This document shows positions 26,617 to 36,680 of a DNA stretch of 64,000 nucleotides, piece after piece. Origin of the DNA: Dehalococcoidia bacterium. Its GTDB lineage: Bacteria > Chloroflexota > Dehalococcoidia > Plut-88900. The notes below the pieces were generated by a model, which saw only the letters and a program-made list of their open reading frames with translations, had not been told where the DNA came from and searched no databases. The translations under genes and the position numbers were made by a program. The stretch spans positions 224,001 to 288,000 of the forward strand of contig CBDBLV010000004.1 of NCBI GenBank assembly GCA_965207225.1. The letters run 5' to 3'. Positions within the stretch are counted from its first letter, which is position 1, and each line of letters begins with the position of its first letter.

Positions 26617-27683
26617 TCCCTGCCGTCTCCTTCCAGGGGTATGCTTCCGCCACCCACCGCCCCGGCCGCCGGTGTTCCGCCGCGCACCAGTTCCCTGAAT
26701 GAGCGGTGTTCAAACCACAGGTACATTATCCCGGCAATGACGACTGGCAGCCACAGGACCACGTGGAGGGTAGCGGCGTAGGCCACGGTGGTTTCGGGGT
26801 TGTAGCTGAAGGCGACCAAGGTAATCTTTATGGCCCATTCGAAAGTCCCGACGTTTCCAGGGGCCGCGGGCAGGGCCCCGACCAAGTTGGAGGTGGCAGT
26901 CACAACCATGGCCATGGCGAAGGAGACGTCGAAATTGTCGAAGGAGAGGGTGATCAGGTAGTACATCAAGCACTCCATGATCCAGATGGGGAGCGACAGA
27001 ATGAATATCACGAAGAGCTTCCTGGCACTGCCCAGAGACCCAAGGCCCTCGATGAAGGTCTCGGCGAGGCCCTTGACCATTCCCTTGAACCGGCCGGGTA
27101 CGAAGACGAGCAGCGTCCCTATGGCGATGGATGTGAGCCCGGGTCTAACGGCGAGGGTCACGAAGACGATGATCGCGCCGAGAAACACTGCGAATACTAC
27201 GGCGCTGCCCGCCACCCGACCCCACAGCACTTCTCCGGCGTCGTTTCTCAGGATGTCGGCGAGGGGAAGGAAGGGCCATATCACCAGGAGGAAGAATATC
27301 AGGGTGAGGCCGTCGAAGACGCGGTCGACGCCCACGGTGCCAAGGGCCGAGGTTGTGCTGATGCGCTCGCGGGTCGACAGGTAGTAGGATCGGACAACTT
27401 CACCGAGCCGGACGGGCAGGATGTTGTTGGCCATGTACCCAACGATGGTCACGGGGTAGAGCCGGCCAACCGAGACCTCGGTCAGGTGCTTCATCAGGTA
27501 TTGCCACCGGATGGTCCTGAACCAGAGCGAGCCGAAGTAGACGGCGATGGCGGGCACTACGTACAGGTAGTTTGCGCCCCGCAGAGCGGCCCACGTCTCG
27601 GAATAGTCGATTCGGTAGAGAAAAAGGGTGAGGAAAAGGGCACTGACGGCCAACCCCAGCCAGAGCTTTTTAGACTTTAGCAA
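26613..27683 (-). CDS. Lysylphosphatidylglycerol synthase TM / flippase-like domain protein
   Basis: GYMANNILPVRLGEVVR, DRVFD, PAAPGNVGTFE. Confidence 0.88.
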   Translation of the reverse strand: MLKSKKLWLGLAVSALFLTLFLYRIDYSETWAALRGANYLYVVPAIAVYFGSLWFRTIRWQYLMKHLTEVSVGRLYPVTIVGYMANNILPVRLGEVVRSYYLSTRERISTTSALGTVGVDRVFDGLTLIFFLLVIWPFLPLADILRNDAGEVLWGRVAGSAVVFAVFLGAIIVFVTLAVRPGLTSIAIGTLLVFVPGRFKGMVKGLAETFIEGLGSLGSARKLFVIFILSLPIWIMECLMYYLITLSFDNFDVSFAMAMVVTATSNLVGALPAAPGNVGTFEWAIKITLVAFSYNPETTVAYAATLHVVLWLPVVIAGIMYLWFEHRSFRELVRGGTPAAGAVGGGSIPLEGDGRD

Positions 27684-27829
27684 TGACCGGTGCGCCCTTC
27701 ATTGGGAATGATTTCATGTTGAGTCGGCGGGCTTTACCGCCCGCCAGTGCTGTTGGATTCGAGCCTGATAGCTATTCAATTATAGGAAGGGGTACTCGGG
27801 CGGGCAAATAAGTGTGGAGGGACACGGGG

Positions 27830-30568
27830 CTATTGTTCTTCCTCCGCTTCGAATGGCTCGGGGGTCAGGCGGAAGAAGACGATGGCGTCCTCTGAACCGA
27901 CTTGCTTATCATCGTCCAGTTCACGATTGAAGAAGTAGTCCCACCACTGTCGCCAGGTCCCTCCGTCGCCCAAAGCGCCTATGAACGTGTCCAGGGGCAG
28001 GGGGCTGGAACCGCTCTTGTATGTGGCGAACTCGGGGAACCAGGCCCGGTGTCCTATCCGCGCTCCATCATCATACGCAACCAGGTATTCGGCGGATGCC
28101 GCCTCATTCCTGTAGTGCATGACGATTACCTCGGCGCCGGGAGGTTCGTTCAGGGCGGAGCATGTTGCATCCGAAGTCTCGGCGTCGTAGCAGGGCCAGT
28201 GTACGTTGGTGTAGTCGCGCAAATACCAGCGCCAGGGGTAGCCGAAGCCGCTGGTGCGGTCGATGATGACAGGCAACTCAAATCCCTGCCCCGTGTCGCT
28301 GGCCCGCTGCTCGATGTTGGCCATGGTGCGGGTTATGTCGGGGGTGGTCTGGGTATAGACCAGCATCTCGATGGGGTAGTCGCCGGTCCCGGGCCTGCCC
28401 AGCCCGTATGCGGCATCCACCGCCACGCGCGTCGAGTGGAATCCGACCAGCGACAGGAGCACCACCCCCACCAACGCAGCAGCCCAGCGCAGATTGAGAG
28501 GGGCCCGCCAGTCGACGCGCTCTATTGCCCGCCCCAGGAATCTCGCCGCCAGCAGAATGATGGGCAGCGCAGTGTGGATCATCAGCCACGGCATCTTCTC
28601 ACCGGCGGAGGAGTAGAGTACAAGGGTGGCTGCGAGCCAGTAGACCAGGAAGGCGTCGAATCGGTTCTCACGGGTGACGGACTTGTAGGTGATGAAAAGA
28701 AGGGCAGCGAACAGGACAAGGGCGTTCAGGGGTTCCCGGCCCGCGTCGTAGCTTTCCAGAGCCGCACCGGCTGCCTCAATGATTCTCGGGACTTCCCAAT
28801 TGATCACCAATAAGAGCAGCACGGCCAGGTTGGCGACCAGGACCCTGCTCTTGAGGAAGGTCTTGTCGAAAGCAAACCAGTAGGTGAACAGGTTGAAGGC
28901 CGCGCCGAGCATCAAGAGCGTGCCGATGGTGAGTCGGGACGCGGGTCCCGAGGGCATCCAGTAGGTGTAGAGGACCAGCGCGGCGGCTATGCCCCAGAAC
29001 AGACCCTGGTAGACCAGCAGGCTGGGCTTCCAGGCGGTCTTTTTCTTGAGTACCAGCCAAGCGGCGCCAACGAGGACAAGGGCAAGGGCCAGGAACTCGT
29101 AGGCCGTGGTCATCAGGAGGTAGTAGTACCAGGGCTGGGCCCCGCGCCTGACCTCCTGCTGGGCGACCCAGTAGCCCAGGGACTGCCAAAGCCCGCTCCC
29201 CAGACCCTGGGCGGTGTTGGTGAAGAATGTCGTGAACAGGAGCAGGAATATCGACCAGAAAATCGCACTGGCAATCAGAAATCTCTTGCGATCCCACCTG
29301 ATGCCAAGATAGAAGCTGGCGGCGAAGAGGTAGACGGTTACGCCGAGCGCTACGGCGAGGCTGATATTTCCCGCGGGAGCGCCGTCGGGGATTCCGGGTA
29401 CGTGGTGTTCACTGCCACCCCCGAAACCGTTGGGGTTGGCAAGAGTGAGGCCCAGGGGTTCCTGGAATACCGCGAGGGCGGCGCCCATGAGGGGCAAGGG
29501 CAGCAGGACCAGCAAGGGCCAAGGGGTCTGGCGCAAACGCTCAATCAGAGGGCATTGGTCAGTAATTTTCTGGTATTGAAGTCGGAAGTGGAGTCGGGAC
29601 CTGCGCAGCATTATGAGCCAGGGCAGGACTGCCACGTAGAGCCCTATCGCCAGGCCCAAGGAGACAAGGCTGAATGTGAGGTTAACCCTTCCGAATACGT
29701 CGTATATGTCAAGCGACCAGAATATCGCCGAGACTATCCACGCGAGGAAGAGTGTGAAGACAAGGGGATAGGGGGCGACTCGGGGCCAGAGTCGTCCGGC
29801 GACGGCCCTGACGTTCGATGCGGCTTGGGAAAGCCTTCGAGGGACACCAGTTTTCAGGCCGTTATGTTGAGTTTGCTCATCGGGCCCCGGGGGCTCATCA
29901 ATACCCTTCAGCCACAGCAGGAAGAAGAAGCCCGCCAGGACGACCATCAGGATGAAGGTGTTTTCTTTCGTAGCGAAGGCAAGGCTGAGGACTGCCGCGA
30001 TGCCGTACAGATATCTCGCTTTCCGCCCGGCCCAGAACTTCCACAGGAAAATGATGAGGAGCAGGGTCCAGGCAGCCATGTAGGCATCGTTGCGGGCGAA
30101 TCGGGTGAAGTAGAGGATGGTCGGTGAGAGGAGGAGCATCAGGCTGGCCAGCATGCAGGTCCAACGCCCTAGATAGTTCCTCATGAAGAAGGGAAGCCCA
30201 ACCACAGCCACCCCCGACACCGCAGCCAGCCCCCTGGCTGTTACCTCGCTTTCTCCGAAGATATTGAAGAACAGGTTGATGCCAAAGAACTGGAAAGGGC
30301 CGTGGGTCAGGGGGTTGTGCTCGTAGGCCCCGAGGAAGTGCAGCGCAAAGAATGCGTGGATGCTCTCGTCGTGGTGCATGGCCCGGGTCCCGAGGTCCCA
30401 GAATCGGGTTAGAGCAGCCAGGGCCACTACCGCCACGTAGTAGACCACCTCCCACCGCGGGACACCTTCCAGCCATCTGAACAGCAGGAAATTCAGCCGC
30501 GCAAAGGTGGAGGTCGGGGTTTCGGGAGCCGCTATTTCCGTGGACTCCGTTTGCTCGGGGCCGGTCAC
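27830..30568 (-). CDS. TIGR03663 / Agl23-like GT-C fold membrane protein
   Basis: RAMHHDESIH, HGPFQF, RFARND, FATKEN, AGEKMPWL, EMLVYTQT. Confidence 0.82.
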   Translation of the reverse strand: MTGPEQTESTEIAAPETPTSTFARLNFLLFRWLEGVPRWEVVYYVAVVALAALTRFWDLGTRAMHHDESIHAFFALHFLGAYEHNPLTHGPFQFFGINLFFNIFGESEVTARGLAAVSGVAVVGLPFFMRNYLGRWTCMLASLMLLLSPTILYFTRFARNDAYMAAWTLLLIIFLWKFWAGRKARYLYGIAAVLSLAFATKENTFILMVVLAGFFFLLWLKGIDEPPGPDEQTQHNGLKTGVPRRLSQAASNVRAVAGRLWPRVAPYPLVFTLFLAWIVSAIFWSLDIYDVFGRVNLTFSLVSLGLAIGLYVAVLPWLIMLRRSRLHFRLQYQKITDQCPLIERLRQTPWPLLVLLPLPLMGAALAVFQEPLGLTLANPNGFGGGSEHHVPGIPDGAPAGNISLAVALGVTVYLFAASFYLGIRWDRKRFLIASAIFWSIFLLLFTTFFTNTAQGLGSGLWQSLGYWVAQQEVRRGAQPWYYYLLMTTAYEFLALALVLVGAAWLVLKKKTAWKPSLLVYQGLFWGIAAALVLYTYWMPSGPASRLTIGTLLMLGAAFNLFTYWFAFDKTFLKSRVLVANLAVLLLLVINWEVPRIIEAAGAALESYDAGREPLNALVLFAALLFITYKSVTRENRFDAFLVYWLAATLVLYSSAGEKMPWLMIHTALPIILLAARFLGRAIERVDWRAPLNLRWAAALVGVVLLSLVGFHSTRVAVDAAYGLGRPGTGDYPIEMLVYTQTTPDITRTMANIEQRASDTGQGFELPVIIDRTSGFGYPWRWYLRDYTNVHWPCYDAETSDATCSALNEPPGAEVIVMHYRNEAASAEYLVAYDDGARIGHRAWFPEFATYKSGSSPLPLDTFIGALGDGGTWRQWWDYFFNRELDDDKQVGSEDAIVFFRLTPEPFEAEEEQ

Positions 30569-32952
30569 TGCGGTTTCACCTTGTAGATCGTGATATCACC
30601 CGACTCAAAGGCCCGGTCCATAAACCTGTCAAAGCTCGCCGTATCCGGGACGTCGTAGAGGTCTCTTTCCAGCCTGCCGACATAGACGTATTCAATGTCG
30701 TATTTCTCCAGCAGGTCCCTGATCACAAAAAGATCGATCTCCGTATAAATTGTCTTGATGTCGTCGGCTCTTTCACGGAACCCGACCCTGTTGCCTCGCC
30801 ACTGCTCTTCGTGGCCCGCCCAGCCGATGACCGTGGGGACGCCGGTGCGCCCCGAGATGCGAGCGTAGTCGATATTGTAGCTGCCGCCAGGTATGCCCCT
30901 GTCATCGACGGACACAGCTTCGACGAGGACGGAGCCGAGGCTTGCGTCCCGGGAGAGAAATTCCAGGCCGCGGCGCTCGGATGAGTCGGAAGGGCCGACG
31001 AAGGCCAGCCCATTCAAGGTTGGGGAACCCGGCCAGGAGTCGGCCTTGTTGTCTATGGCGCCTAAGGAATACATGGAGGTAGCAGCGATTAGCAATCCTA
31101 CCAGCACTACGGCTGTCGCGCCTGCGGCACGGCGGGTGGGTCGGGACCAGTCCCAATTGGCAAGCAGGTAGTAGACCGCGAAGGCGGAGGCCAAGGCCAG
31201 CAGTATCCACGCCTGGTAGTAGAACTTGAAGACGGTGTTCATCCTGTTGTCGAAAACGTCGACGATGCGGAACAGTTCCGGGCCGAGGGTCACGAATAAT
31301 CCCGCGAAGATCAGGATGGTGGCGAATATAACCGGTACGGTCGCCCCTTTGGCAGCATTAAGCCCGAGTCTGAACATCAGCCAAAAGGCCAGCCCGATCA
31401 GGGCCAGCAGGGGAAGCGTCCACAAGAATCGCCGTCCGACCTCCGTCAGCGATTCCGTGGTTTCCCCCTGCACCACACCCGATAGAAGCACAATTGCAGC
31501 CCATACAACAAAGGGTACGAGCAGGACTAAGGCCCCCCGCCCCCATACCCCTCCGACTGCACCGATTGAACGACGGTGACGGAGAACGAGAGTCAGCATG
31601 AATGGCACTGTAATCAGAAGGAATAGACCGAGCACCAGGAAGTAGTCGATATACCGGGTGTGTACGTCCTTGACTGGAAGAACCCAGGGGAAGAGGGGAG
31701 AGGGCCGGTCTCCCAGGTAGAAGGGCAGATAGAGCAAGACTGACAAAGCCACGAGAGCACCTGCGAAAATCGTCCAGTCCTTCATGTGCTCCCGACCCCA
31801 GCTTTCCACCGACCGTCGGCTTGCGATGAAGGTCGTGCCCAGGAAAAGCCCCAGGCCCAGGGGCAGGTCCCAGCTGTTCAGGAAACCCAACGCACCCAGG
31901 GACAAGGCGATAAGGACAAAGGCAACCTTGTTTCTCCTGATCCACCCGACGCCAAAGGTGTCCCCGGAAGCGAGGGCCGTGAACCCCAGGGCAAGGGCCA
32001 AAATGACGAAGGGCAGCGACATGACGTGGGGGTGCAGGTCGCCGAGGATGAAGCTGAAGCTGGGGAATTCGGTGATGGCCGGGAAGGAGTCGGCGGCGTC
32101 AATGACGCGGGTGCTACGCCACCACCACCAGAACTCGGTGGGGTAGAAGGAGGACGATTCCGGCACCTTTGTGGCACCCTCCACCCCCACCCATCCCCAA
32201 AGCCCTTCCCCACCCAGGCCCAGGGAGCGCACCGACTCCGCAACGCCCTGTAAGTTGCCGACCCAGACCATCAGGAGGCCGCCAAGCAGCCCAAAGCCGA
32301 TCGACAGAATATCTCTACGTCCGCGCTCTTTCCTGTGCATGGCAACCATCTCGGAGACGAGGCCAAAAGCCCCCGTAAAGGCCAGCGAGAAGAGCAGCGC
32401 AATAGCCAGGTTGTAGGCCACGGCGGGCTCTACGCCCGAGAGCTTGGCCAGCAGACCGTGCATCACGTAGCCGAAGTAGTAGTAGCTCACCGAGTGCCCG
32501 CTGAGCCACGGGTCCTGGGGTGGCATGGACTCGGCCCTGACCGCGGAGTTGAGCAGGGCGAAGTCCATCGGCTGCTCAGTGTGGGAGATGGAAGGGTTGT
32601 GGGCCCGGACCACCGCCCACCCGACAAGAGCGCCCAGAAACAGCACGTCCACCACGACTATCGTCCACCGTTGGGCTTTGAGGTATTCCAGGAACTCGGG
32701 GGTCCGGTTCCTGATAGCCAGCAAGGACGCCGTCACCAGGACTACTGCCAGCACCGACACTACAGCCCGGTTAAGCGACACGACGCCCGTCAGCCCCACG
32801 ACCCACACCAGGAAGCTGAACAGCAATATGCCCAGGGGCTTCGAAAAGGCGTACCCGCCGTAGGGCATTCGGGAGAAGAGGACGAAAGTGACGGGCAGCG
32901 CGATGAGGCCAAGGGCCTCTACGGTGAGGGCCCAGGCTATGAAGTCGATCAT
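30565..32952 (-). CDS. DUF2298 (Chlor_Arch_YYY) membrane protein
   Basis: EQPMDFA...PPQDPWLSG..VSYYYFG, ITEFPSFSFILGDLHPH, RMNTVFKFYYQ, GWAGHEEQWR; ATG 32952 inferred as start. Confidence 0.88.
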   Translation of the reverse strand: MIDFIAWALTVEALGLIALPVTFVLFSRMPYGGYAFSKPLGILLFSFLVWVVGLTGVVSLNRAVVSVLAVVLVTASLLAIRNRTPEFLEYLKAQRWTIVVVDVLFLGALVGWAVVRAHNPSISHTEQPMDFALLNSAVRAESMPPQDPWLSGHSVSYYYFGYVMHGLLAKLSGVEPAVAYNLAIALLFSLAFTGAFGLVSEMVAMHRKERGRRDILSIGFGLLGGLLMVWVGNLQGVAESVRSLGLGGEGLWGWVGVEGATKVPESSSFYPTEFWWWWRSTRVIDAADSFPAITEFPSFSFILGDLHPHVMSLPFVILALALGFTALASGDTFGVGWIRRNKVAFVLIALSLGALGFLNSWDLPLGLGLFLGTTFIASRRSVESWGREHMKDWTIFAGALVALSVLLYLPFYLGDRPSPLFPWVLPVKDVHTRYIDYFLVLGLFLLITVPFMLTLVLRHRRSIGAVGGVWGRGALVLLVPFVVWAAIVLLSGVVQGETTESLTEVGRRFLWTLPLLALIGLAFWLMFRLGLNAAKGATVPVIFATILIFAGLFVTLGPELFRIVDVFDNRMNTVFKFYYQAWILLALASAFAVYYLLANWDWSRPTRRAAGATAVVLVGLLIAATSMYSLGAIDNKADSWPGSPTLNGLAFVGPSDSSERRGLEFLSRDASLGSVLVEAVSVDDRGIPGGSYNIDYARISGRTGVPTVIGWAGHEEQWRGNRVGFRERADDIKTIYTEIDLFVIRDLLEKYDIEYVYVGRLERDLYDVPDTASFDRFMDRAFESGDITIYKVKPQ

Positions 32953-33067
32953 GTCGGGCTGACGGGATTCATAGTTCTTGACCCATGATACCCAATAAGC
33001 CGATGCGCCCGCCTGAGGCGGGCGCATCGGCTCGAATTATTCCGCGGTGTTGAGGGTTCGGCAAGTT

Positions 33068-34003
33068 CTATTCCAGCAAAGCTGCGACGAACTCCTCCGC
33101 ATCGAAGGGGGCAATGTCGTCGGGGCCCTCGCCGGTGCCTATGAACCTGATAGGGATGCCCAGTTCGTCGCAGATGCTGAGGACGACACCCCCCTTGGCC
33201 GAGCCGTCCAGCTTGGCGAGGAAGATGCCCGTGACTCCTGCCGAATCTATGAACTGTCGGGCCTGCATGACGGCGTTCTGTCCGGTTACCGCATCCAGAA
33301 CCAGTATCACCTCGTGGGGGGCGGAGGGGTCGAACCGGGTCACGACCCTTTTTATCTTCTGGAGCTCCTGCATCAGGTTGTACTTGGTGTGCAGCCGGCC
33401 TGCGGTATCCACGATTACGAGGTCGGCCTTCCTGTTTCGGGCGCTGCTGAGGGCGTCAAAGGTCACGGCGCCCGGGTCCGAACCTTGTTGATGGGATATG
33501 ACCTGGGCCCCCGTCCTCTCTCCCCACACCTCCAGCTGCTCGATGGCGGCAGCCCGGAAGGTGTCCGCCGCCGCCAGGACCACGCTCTGTCCCTCTGAGC
33601 AATAGGCTTTGGCGAGCTTGCCTATGGAGGTCGTCTTGCCCCCCCCATTAACTCCGACCACCAGTACGACACCCGGGCCCCCGTTCACGGAAGAAAGGAA
33701 CTCCCTTTCTCCGGCGGCCCTGGACAGGATTGCGGCCATCTCCTCGCGGAGGGCGGCGCGAATGTCGTCGGGGTCGGAGAGGCGGTCTCTTCTGACCCGC
33801 TCGCGCAGGTTTTCGGAGAGTCGGGTGGAGGTCTTGACTCCGACGTCGGCGGAGATCATCAGCTCCTCCAGGGTCTCCCAGAACTCCTCGTCGATCTTGG
33901 GGGTATTGAACACCCCGACGATGCGCCGGAAGAAGCCCTGCCTTGTCTTCTGGAGGCTTTCCTCGGTCTTCTTTTCGCGCTTTCTAAGCCTGAAAAACGG
34001 CAT
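33068..34003 (-). CDS. ftsY: SRP receptor FtsY
   Basis: [34 protein letters not shown]. Confidence 0.97.
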   Translation of the reverse strand: MPFFRLRKREKKTEESLQKTRQGFFRRIVGVFNTPKIDEEFWETLEELMISADVGVKTSTRLSENLRERVRRDRLSDPDDIRAALREEMAAILSRAAGEREFLSSVNGGPGVVLVVGVNGGGKTTSIGKLAKAYCSEGQSVVLAAADTFRAAAIEQLEVWGERTGAQVISHQQGSDPGAVTFDALSSARNRKADLVIVDTAGRLHTKYNLMQELQKIKRVVTRFDPSAPHEVILVLDAVTGQNAVMQARQFIDSAGVTGIFLAKLDGSAKGGVVLSICDELGIPIRFIGTGEGPDDIAPFDAEEFVAALLE

Positions 34004-34167
34004 ATTCTCAACCTGAATCGATGTTAACGCCGGCCGAAAGTCATAACAATTATAGTCTCAGCATCCAAGGTCTCGCCGAACCCCTCCCCTCGTCACCTCC
34101 GCATTGACACCCCAGCCCCGCGTTCATATCCTTCCTTCCGTCGAAACCCCAGCACCAGGAGCTAGAA

Positions 34168-35286
34168 ATGGCCGATACGACTCTGCGGACACCCCTTTGC
34201 GATCTGCTTGGCATCAGGTATCCCATTCTGCAGGCGGGCATGGTGCCGGGCGGCTCTCCAGAGCTGGCTGCCGCCGTCTCCAATGCAGGCGGCCTGGGCG
34301 TGCTTGGGGCATCGGGGTGGGAGCCCGAGGACATCCGCGAAAAGATACGCTGGATCCGGGATAACACCAGTAACCCCTTCGGCGTGGACCTGCAGCTTCC
34401 GGTGACCATGGCCGACGTGGACGATAACAGAACCGAGGTCAAGGCCAGCCTCCCGGTCGATTACCCCGACCACGTGGCCTGGGTAAACGAGGCCATCCAG
34501 CGCCACTCCATTCCCGAGGCCCAGGCCGGAAAGTCCTTTGCATACAACCCGGCCTTCATCCGCCGCCAGGTGGATGTAATCCTGGAAGAGGAAGTGCCCG
34601 TGTTCGTCTCGGCGCTGGGGCCGCCGGGCTGGATGACGGAGGACGCACACAAGTTGGGCATGAAGGTTATCGGCATGGCAGGCAGCCCCCGGCACGCTCG
34701 CCGTCACGTGGACGCGGGTGTCGACGTGGTCGTGGCCCAGGGCAATGAGGCAGGAGGGCACACGGGAAGAATAGCGACGATGGTGCTCGTTCCCCAAGTA
34801 GTCGATGCGATATCTCCAGTGCCCGTGGTTGCAGCAGGGGGCATAGGGGATGGGAGGGGGATAGCGGCGGCGCTGTCCCTCGGGGCACAGGGGGTGTGGT
34901 GCGGCACACTGTTCCTGTCATCAGATGAGGCGGCCGTCCCGGACATCCACAAGCGCCGCATAGTGGAGGGTCGCTCCGAGGACTGGGTAATCAGCCGGTT
35001 GAGTTCGGGCAAGACAGCCCGCTACTACAACAACGTGCTGGTGCAGGAGTGGGCCGAGTCGGGGCTGGATGCCCTGCCCATGCCCCTCCAGGGAATGCTG
35101 ATAGAGGACATGGAGGCGGGGGTGGTCGAAGGGCACCTGGAAGAGCTGGAGCTGAACTCGGGGGGACAGGTGGGCGGCCTGATTGCCCAGCGCAGGCCGG
35201 CGGTCAGGATCGTAGAGGACCTGGTCAACCACGCCTCGGAAGTCCTTTTGGGAATTGCCCGCTACTCTCCGAGCGCCAGCGCCTAG
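34168..35286 (+). CDS. Nitronate monooxygenase / FabK-like flavoprotein
   Basis: PILQAGM, AAAVSNAGGLG, AQGNEAGGHTG, AAGGIGDGRG. Confidence 0.9.
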   Translation: MADTTLRTPLCDLLGIRYPILQAGMVPGGSPELAAAVSNAGGLGVLGASGWEPEDIREKIRWIRDNTSNPFGVDLQLPVTMADVDDNRTEVKASLPVDYPDHVAWVNEAIQRHSIPEAQAGKSFAYNPAFIRRQVDVILEEEVPVFVSALGPPGWMTEDAHKLGMKVIGMAGSPRHARRHVDAGVDVVVAQGNEAGGHTGRIATMVLVPQVVDAISPVPVVAAGGIGDGRGIAAALSLGAQGVWCGTLFLSSDEAAVPDIHKRRIVEGRSEDWVISRLSSGKTARYYNNVLVQEWAESGLDALPMPLQGMLIEDMEAGVVEGHLEELELNSGGQVGGLIAQRRPAVRIVEDLVNHASEVLLGIARYSPSASA

Positions 35287-35313
35287 CATCGCTTATCCAA
35301 GGAGCGGTTCGCC

Positions 35314-35946
35314 ATGTACGTGCCAGATCTGTATGCAGTTACGGACAAAGCCCAAATCTACGACTTCATCCGGGATAACGGCTTCGGCATCCTCTTCTCA
35401 CACCAGGGCCCCGGGCCCACGGCCACCCACCTCCCTTTCGTACTGGTGGAAGGGGATGACGGGCAGGACACGATCATAGGGCACATGGCCCGGGTCAACG
35501 AGCAGTGGAAACATGCTGACGGCCAGGAGGTCCTGATAGTCTTCCACGGGCCTCATGCCTACGTCTCCCCAACCTGGTACAGGGAAGAAGACGTAGTACC
35601 GACCTGGAACTACGCCGTAGTCCACGTTTACGGGACTTTCGAGGCGGTACAGGGCAGGGCAGAGACCGTGGACATCGTCAGCAGGATAGTCGACTACTAC
35701 GAGTCTTTCGAGCCCCGGGCCTGGACAGCGGACTTCGACTCTCCTTACAACAGGAAGATGATCCGGGGCGTGACCGCTTTCAGGATCAAGATTGCTCGGG
35801 TGGAGGGGAAGTGGAAGATGGGACAGAACCGCCCCGCCTACCTCCGACGCCGCGCCCTGGAGGAATTACAGGCCCGACCCGGCGAAAACGAACAGGCTGT
35901 CGCCCAACTGATGGAGGAGACCTTAGACCGCAACGAGGGCGGTTAA
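35314..35946 (+). CDS. PaiB-family FMN-binding protein
   Basis: MYVP, ATHLPF, GHMARVN, GPHAYVSPTWY, VPTWNY, GKWKMGQN. Confidence 0.9.
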   Translation: MYVPDLYAVTDKAQIYDFIRDNGFGILFSHQGPGPTATHLPFVLVEGDDGQDTIIGHMARVNEQWKHADGQEVLIVFHGPHAYVSPTWYREEDVVPTWNYAVVHVYGTFEAVQGRAETVDIVSRIVDYYESFEPRAWTADFDSPYNRKMIRGVTAFRIKIARVEGKWKMGQNRPAYLRRRALEELQARPGENEQAVAQLMEETLDRNEGG

Positions 35947-35966
35947 GGAAGCGGCCTGCTCTCAGC

Positions 35967-36662
35967 CTACGGGAACTGCTCCAGGGCCTTGCGGGCGGCT
36001 TCACGCTGGGCCTCCTTCTTTGAGGACCCCTCACCCTGGCCCAGGGTCTTGCCTGCGACAATCACTTTTGCGGCGAACATCGGGCTTCCGGACTCCGACA
36101 ACTGCTCCACGGTCTCGTAGCGCGGCAACGTCTGCAGGGTAGCCTGGGTGATTTCCTGGAGCTGTGACTTGTAATTGTAGTCGGATTTGTTGCTGCCGCC
36201 GCCCAGTGCTGCGTAGATCCTGGAATTCAGGCGCCCTATGATGAAGTCACGGGCCGCCTCCAGGCCAGCGTCCAACCAGATGGCCCCTATGACCGCTTCC
36301 AGGGCACCGGCCAGGATCCTCTCCTTATCCCTCCCGCCCGACTTCTCCTCCCCCTGACCCATCCGCAAGAACCTCCCAAGCCCCATCTCTTTCGCGACGG
36401 AAGCGAGGGCCCTGGAGGAGACCAACTGGGCGCGCAGGGCAGTCATCTCACCCTCGGTCAGGCGCGGCCATTGCGCGTACAGGTCGTCGGCAATAATGAA
36501 ACCAAGGACGGAATCGCCCAAAAATTCCAAGCGTTCGTTGGATTCCAGAGCGGATTTCGGATTTTCGTTAATACAGGAGCTGTGAGTAAGGGCGAGGGTC
36601 AACAGGACCTCGTCCGAGAACTCCCGCCCAATGAGCGCTTCGATACTTTCTTCCGGGGGCAT
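35967..36662 (-). CDS. rnc: Ribonuclease III
   Basis: ALTHSS, NERLEFLGDSVL, dsRBD NYKSQLQE...GSSKKEAQREAA. Confidence 0.96.
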   Translation of the reverse strand: MPPEESIEALIGREFSDEVLLTLALTHSSCINENPKSALESNERLEFLGDSVLGFIIADDLYAQWPRLTEGEMTALRAQLVSSRALASVAKEMGLGRFLRMGQGEEKSGGRDKERILAGALEAVIGAIWLDAGLEAARDFIIGRLNSRIYAALGGGSNKSDYNYKSQLQEITQATLQTLPRYETVEQLSESGSPMFAAKVIVAGKTLGQGEGSSKKEAQREAARKALEQFP

Positions 36663-36680
36663 CTATGCGGGTACGCGGGT

